Shown here: piece after piece, positions 58,340 through 64,000 of the stretch
Position numbering within the stretch: position 1 is the first letter of the stretch
Layout: each line of letters starts with the position of its first letter
Assembly: GCA_964035545.1 (NCBI GenBank)
Contig: OZ037765.1
Span: 28,829,504 to 28,893,503, forward strand
Length of the DNA stretch: 64,000 bases
Direction: 5' to 3'
Origin: Bugula neritina
Lineage: Eukaryota > Animalia > Bryozoa
Made by a program: the position numbers and the translations under genes
Notes under the pieces: model-generated
Told to the model about the DNA's origin: nothing
The model's database searches: none
The model's input: the letters and a program-made list of their open reading frames with translations, nothing else

Positions 58340-58930
58340 AGTTCTTTCCTGTGGCGTTGACGTAAACGACATAAAAGCACAGGAAAATAATGAAGCCTAG
58401 CTAATAACGGCAAACTGACGTAACGGCAACAACATTACAATAAATTTAAATATTTGAAAAAATAGTACAGCATATTATATTAACACTTTTAATTTCATAA
58501 AAATAAATGTAGCGCACCGTAGGCAATTGTTTGCAACTTGGCTACACCATTCGAAAATGTGATATTTGATATTAAACCGCTCTCGCGCACAAATCAACGA
58601 ACGTGCACGTTTCAACAGTTTTGCTGTGGATGCTCGCGCAATATCTACGCGTGATAGCTGCTGTAACTGCGAACGCGAAATATCCAATCACATGTCTCAG
58701 TTGCGCACAAGTGCCCATATGCACGTTTGATGGTCTTCAAACGTGACTGCCTTTCACGTTTATATTCTAACAAAATATTGTGGAATTGACTACGGTACCG
58801 CATGCAACAACCTTTTCGCCATGTCATTGGTCTAACAAATTTACACTTAGAGCAAGCATTTTAGTGGTCTGCATACACTTATATAATTTCAAGAAAATGT
58901 TGACTAGTATCATTACGTCGTATTTATGCT
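58340..58930. promoter_or_regulatory. CpG-rich promoter region upstream of the zinc-finger gene, possibly shared with DARS1
   Basis: Densest non-coding CpG cluster in the window by eye. TGACGTAA at 58358 and 58416, TTACGTC at 58913, CCAAT at about 58684, TCTCGCG at 58581. Donor GAG|GTAAAT at 59119/59120 for a non-coding first exon. Confidence 0.7.
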
Positions 58931-60136
58931 ACTAATACGCAAGCTCACTCTGGCACAAACAATTGTATTAAAGCATCAGCTTGACAGTATACTTGAAATC
59001 GTAGGTCCTGTAACTGTTTAATTTCAGCTTTAAGTAATCGTGATGGATACAACAATCACTCTCAATATTTGAATATAAGAAAATAAAGATCGGGATAAGA
59101 AAATAGCTGATGGTCTGAGGTAAATAATTGTAACAGTAAATATGTATTTTGCCTTCTTATTTTATAAAAATCGCTATAAATCTTAATCTGATTATTTACA
59201 TTTTCACTTTGTAAATCACTAAATGTGTTGTATTGATGGCAGTGAATTATGGTGTGATTCTTGAATTTATCAGAACATCAACCACATGGTACTAACAGTA
59301 ACATACTCACAGTCACACTGTGTAGCCTTATAGATTCATTTCTTTTGGTCATTATAATGATTATGTATTTTCTATCCATGCAAACATCTCACCATCTTCA
59401 CCATTGTTCCTTCATTTTTACTGGAAATCACAAGTGTATTAATTACTGATCATTGTGATTGTCAACTACAACTACCTTTAATTATAAATGTTGTCAAAAT
59501 TAAACTCTATTTGGTATTTCTATCTGATAGTTAACAAATATAATGCATTAAATATAAACTGTGACTACAAATTCAAAATATGTCCCGTGTTGATGGAGAT
59601 CAACTAAGTATTTACACTAGAACTATATAATACATACAGCTATATGGTACATACTTTCATCATTTTCCAGCTACTCAGGGCCATATTTACACTTGAATAT
59701 TTGAAAGTTGAACTTATTCTCATTTAAAATCTATTGCTGTATTTATACTTTCAACACTCCTATAAAGGTAACCAAATGGGCCAATTTATAATCTGTTGAA
59801 CCACCTGTTTATTGTTGAACGCATAATTGCATACTTGTAAGTGTGTTGATCATATCTTTCCATTTATCACTGAGAACTAGGAAACAATCACACAGTTATA
59901 TGGTTTTCTCCCTCTCTGATTTTCCTGTTATGCCAAAGTTTAGTCAGTTGAAACTTTCCTGCTGTTGTTTATAAGGTTGCTTATCATGATTGTTAGATTC
60001 TGGTGATATACCTACCTAGTGTAGATTGCATATATGATGTACAGTTAGTCATAATTAGAATACATTTCTTATTTACTACTAGTTCCAAAATTATTTAGCT
60101 TCTAAAAATTTGTCATTTTGCAGCAATACATCTAAA

Positions 60137-63100
60137 ATGGAAAATGTAAACTACAATCAAGCAATGGATTTGCGAATTAACGCATCTAAGAAACAACTGA
60201 AACTAAATTCCTCCAATCAGCGTAATGGTGCTACATCTAGTGAGACTAGTAAAGACTCAAAGATCAACGCTGGAAAACAAAGAAAGCAAAATATCAATGT
60301 TTTCAAGAAGCACAAACTGAAATACCGGTATTTATGGAAACGCCCAAAACAAGCATCTGACTTTCATAAGCAGACGTCAGATTCTGGTAACTTTGGTAGT
60401 GGCAGTATGGTTGGCTCTTCCAGCACATCCAACAGTCTGGGCAGGAAGTCAACTGTTGATGAATCAACATCATCTCCTGGCGCATCATCCTCTCCAGTGT
60501 CTGGAAACTCTACCAGTCCTCAAAACTTCCCCAACCTAGAAGTAGAGCCTAACCAGCAAATGTGTATGATGTTAGGCCATGCTGTGCCACTCATCGTGAT
60601 GGTGCAGGGACAACTCCAAACTACAGTTAACCATAACAATGAGATGTCGTGTACAGATACAATGCTGTATAAATGTAACATGTGTAACATGTTCTGTAAC
60701 AGTCTGACAGATATACTGAGTCATGTGCATGGCATTCATAGAAATGTGAACTACTGTTTTGTGTGCAGTCAGTTTTTCAACAGCAAGCATGAGTACGACA
60801 GGCACAAGGACGTCTGCAGTACAACTAGACAGGCTTTTCAACAGATTGTCAATAGTCATAATCAAGGTGGTGGGCAACTCAACTCCCAGTCGAACTCACA
60901 AGATCAGGCTTTGAACCTGACAGTGGCCGGTGACGTGGCCAAGAGAGCCGCTGAAATGGTGCTCAATAAAAAGAATAATAAAAATAGAAAGAAAAAAATT
61001 AAAAACTTATACAAGTGTACATTTTGTAAAAAAGCATTCTTTGGAAAGTTCTATTTGCAAAGGCATATGCGAAGTCATACTGGTGAAAAACTTTGTCATT
61101 GTCAAATATGTGGAAAGGGTTTTGTGGAATGTAGGAATCTGCGTAATCATATGAATCGGTTTCACAACACTAGTGAAAGTATATCAAGCACATGTGCCAG
61201 TCGACAGTCAAAGTCAGCCAGTCCTAACAACACTTCCGACAGCAGCGAGTATCGTAATGACAAAAGCAGAGCGTCTCAAGCAGCAAAGAAGCTTCCCGAT
61301 TCTTCAAAGTCGCAAAGTAGCGCCATTCCAGCCTCTACGGCACTTCTGGACAGTCAGATTGGTAAACAAATAAACGCAATTCAGAACTGCCAAACATGGA
61401 CGACAGAAAGCAGGGCGTATAGAAGGAGCAATATGGGTAATGGTGCCTACAGTCAGAGTGCTTCTGCGGCAGCAACTCAGTCTAATGTCAGGCAGCAAAA
61501 TTATCCGCCCACCTTTGACAGAAGCTGGTCCATGCCATCAAATCTCAACAGCGTAGCCAGCGCTTTGGACACCCAGAGTTGCAGCATCACCTCATCTGAG
61601 TTTTCCATTAACAACTCAGCTGATACAGGTGAGCATTTCACAGGCTCTTTTCAACTTCTTTCAATGTGTTGAACTGCTTCTTATTTAATGATATTTCACC
61701 CAAGTATTTGAGTTATTCATAATTTAGTTCCTAATAATATTATAGCTCAGTCTATAATCAACATCAATTTATTTTGAAGAGTGTTAATTTTTTTAGTTTG
61801 AAACTAGCTATAGAATAAGTTTATTTTGTATAATAAATCAAAGAGCATCGAAGTATAAGCAATTGTGGGATTGTTCTTCATTACATTCAGAGTAAATCAA
61901 ATTTTTTACAGTTGTTGCCCCATTACCAGCACCTGAAGAGCCTGGCGTCTCAGAGGATATGAAGTCAACCTCTCTTACCTACTTAGGATGCACTTCCTCA
62001 AGGTAAATCATCTCATTGTTATGCTATAGCAGCAGTTTATAATGATGCACACACTTGACATTTCTTGTTTATAGTTATTCACCCAGCTTATAGTGACCTT
62101 ATTAATATACCCATATGCAGCATATAGCCAAATAACTCTCCTATACTGACAAATAATAATAGAATCTGTAACTAATATAGGATTTTTCATCCTAAACATA
62201 TTTTGGTTAGCAGTTATTGATTACTCTTCAAATGCTGGCGAAATTATTTAAACTTCAAGCTGCAATTGGTAAGTTTTACTAATTATAATTTTGTATTGAA
62301 AACAGACTGGAACTGAGCAACAGCAGTCAACAGTCACATGAAAAATCACTGGTTCCGATTTCTGATGAACAGGGCAAAAAGATTTACCGTTGCCATGTTT
62401 GCGAAAAAACATTTACAACTAAATTTGCAATGCAGAGACACTTGGATTTTCACGCTGGTGAGTTGCTTATGCAATCATTGCGACTTGTTAGTACATGAAG
62501 TTATGTAAAATGTAGGACATTAACCTGTAATCTTTGAAAACTTTGAGAGTTATCCGCTCCTCCAAAACAATCTTGAGTAGCTTTTAAGTGGTTTAATATT
62601 TACACTTGACATTTCTATTAAGAGTATGATAATGTATTTTCATGATGTTTTACATGACATATAACTATAAAGTAATATGCTTAACTGGGATTAAATAAAC
62701 TCTTCTAATTTTAATTAAAAATGTGCATGTTCGCAAGTTTGCAATGCCCACTTCATGGTTTAGAATATACTATACACATATTTAATTTGAACATGTAATA
62801 TGATTAGTATTAGTTACGTATAAATGGATTTATTGTCTATGTTTTTCTCAAATGCACTTTAATGTGAAAATTTTGAAAATGGCAAATGAGTATCAATTAG
62901 AGCCATCTGAAACTTTAAAACTTGATTCTCCGTTTATATAGAATGTGCATACAGATATTTAATTTGTTGATGTATGTGCAACTTGTCTCAATATTCAGCA
63001 ATAGTTTAAATAATTATGTTATAATTTAAAAATAGCAAAGCAACTCATTAGTAATGAAGTAAAGTACCTCAAAGAACGAACAATTATAACTTGCATCTGA

Positions 63101-63992
63101 AAAGTGCAAGGTTTCAGTCCATTCCCTTGTTTGAAATTTGAGGGTTTGGAGTTGATCTACAAATTGGAAAGTGTGAAATAAGCTAGAGCGTGTTCACTTT
63201 TTATTACTGCAGAAGACAACTAAGCTTATAGAAGCTCTGGACTGTGACTTTACAAAAAGAAAATCAACATGTAATGTGCAGTACAAAAATGTAATTGATC
63301 TTTTTATAAGTATTAGAGAATTTATTTGTGGCACTGCTTGTAAGGAATACATTATTAAGTTATTTCTTGAGTTTCAGTATGCGAAATCTTGAAAGTTACT
63401 GTTTAGCAAATAACATGCACCATGTCAGTATAAACAATGACTACACCCAATACCATGATGTCAGGGATATTTATAGTCTTTCAAGGAGTTCAACTTGTCA
63501 ATTTAAACCCTTAGGGCTTAGGCTATAAACTTTCTCCCTGCTACACTTAAATGTCATACAATAAAGAGTTGGGCATGTTGTTTGTGCTGTTGCTAATAGT
63601 ACGTATCGTCTCACAATTTTTTACATGGGTGATTTTTCACATGTTTGTAGACAAACGGCCTTTCCAATGCGAGCAATGTAACTACAGAGCAAAAACTCGT
63701 CCCCAGTTGAAAGTACACGTTATGAGACACTCAGGTAAAGTATTCATTCTCGTTCTAGAATCTGTAATCTTGAGCCTGGTGTTGTCACATCACGTGCTGG
63801 TTACTGCAACACCAGAAGCTAATAAATCATTTAAAGTGTTACATGCAGTGCTTGCGTGCCATCCTCTCTATTAATTATTCTACACATGACATTTTAGGAC
63901 AGAAGGGCTTCAATTGTGCAACGTGCAACTACTCTTGTGTGACCCACTCCGATCTCAACCGTCATTGTAAATCTAGATCTCATTTATTCCGC
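60137..63992 (+). CDS. C2H2 zinc-finger transcription factor, 5' part (continues beyond the window)
   Basis: Exons 60137-61628, 61912-62002, 62306-62457, 63651-63734, 63898-63992, GT-AG with consistent phases. Fingers include YKCTFCKKAFFGKFYLQRHMRSHTGEK, CQICGKGF...HMNRFH, YRCHVCEKTF...HLDFH, FQCEQCNY...HVMRH, FNCATCNY...HCKSRSH, plus two atypical N-terminal fingers. Confidence 0.92.
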
Positions 63993-64000
63993 GTAAGTTT

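Overview
AT-rich, intron-rich animal genomic DNA, probably from an invertebrate (taxon not determinable from this window). Five spliced protein-coding genes can be reconstructed by hand: the 3' end of a divergent ETS-domain factor (+, 159-1183); AP-2 adaptor alpha subunit (-, 19 coding exons, 942 aa); a DCDC1-like doublecortin/ricin-B protein (+, 36 coding exons, 2039 aa); cytoplasmic aspartyl-tRNA synthetase (-, 13 coding exons, 527 aa); and the 5' part of a C2H2 zinc-finger gene (+). They form two head-to-head pairs (AP2A/DCDC1 and DARS/ZnF). Introns carry a decayed Academ-type DNA transposon, a hAT MITE and a tRNA-derived SINE. The most unusual observations are: (1) degenerate 6-bp-periodic A-N-T arrays found almost only beside the two divergent promoters; (2) a phase 1-1 two-exon module resembling a Methyltransf_FA (FAMeT-like) domain inserted into DCDC1; (3) an ETS domain with a remodelled recognition helix; (4) twin candidate 6-nt microexons in the AP2A hinge intron. 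All gene models and family calls are from manual reading and recalled motifs; no database search was run.
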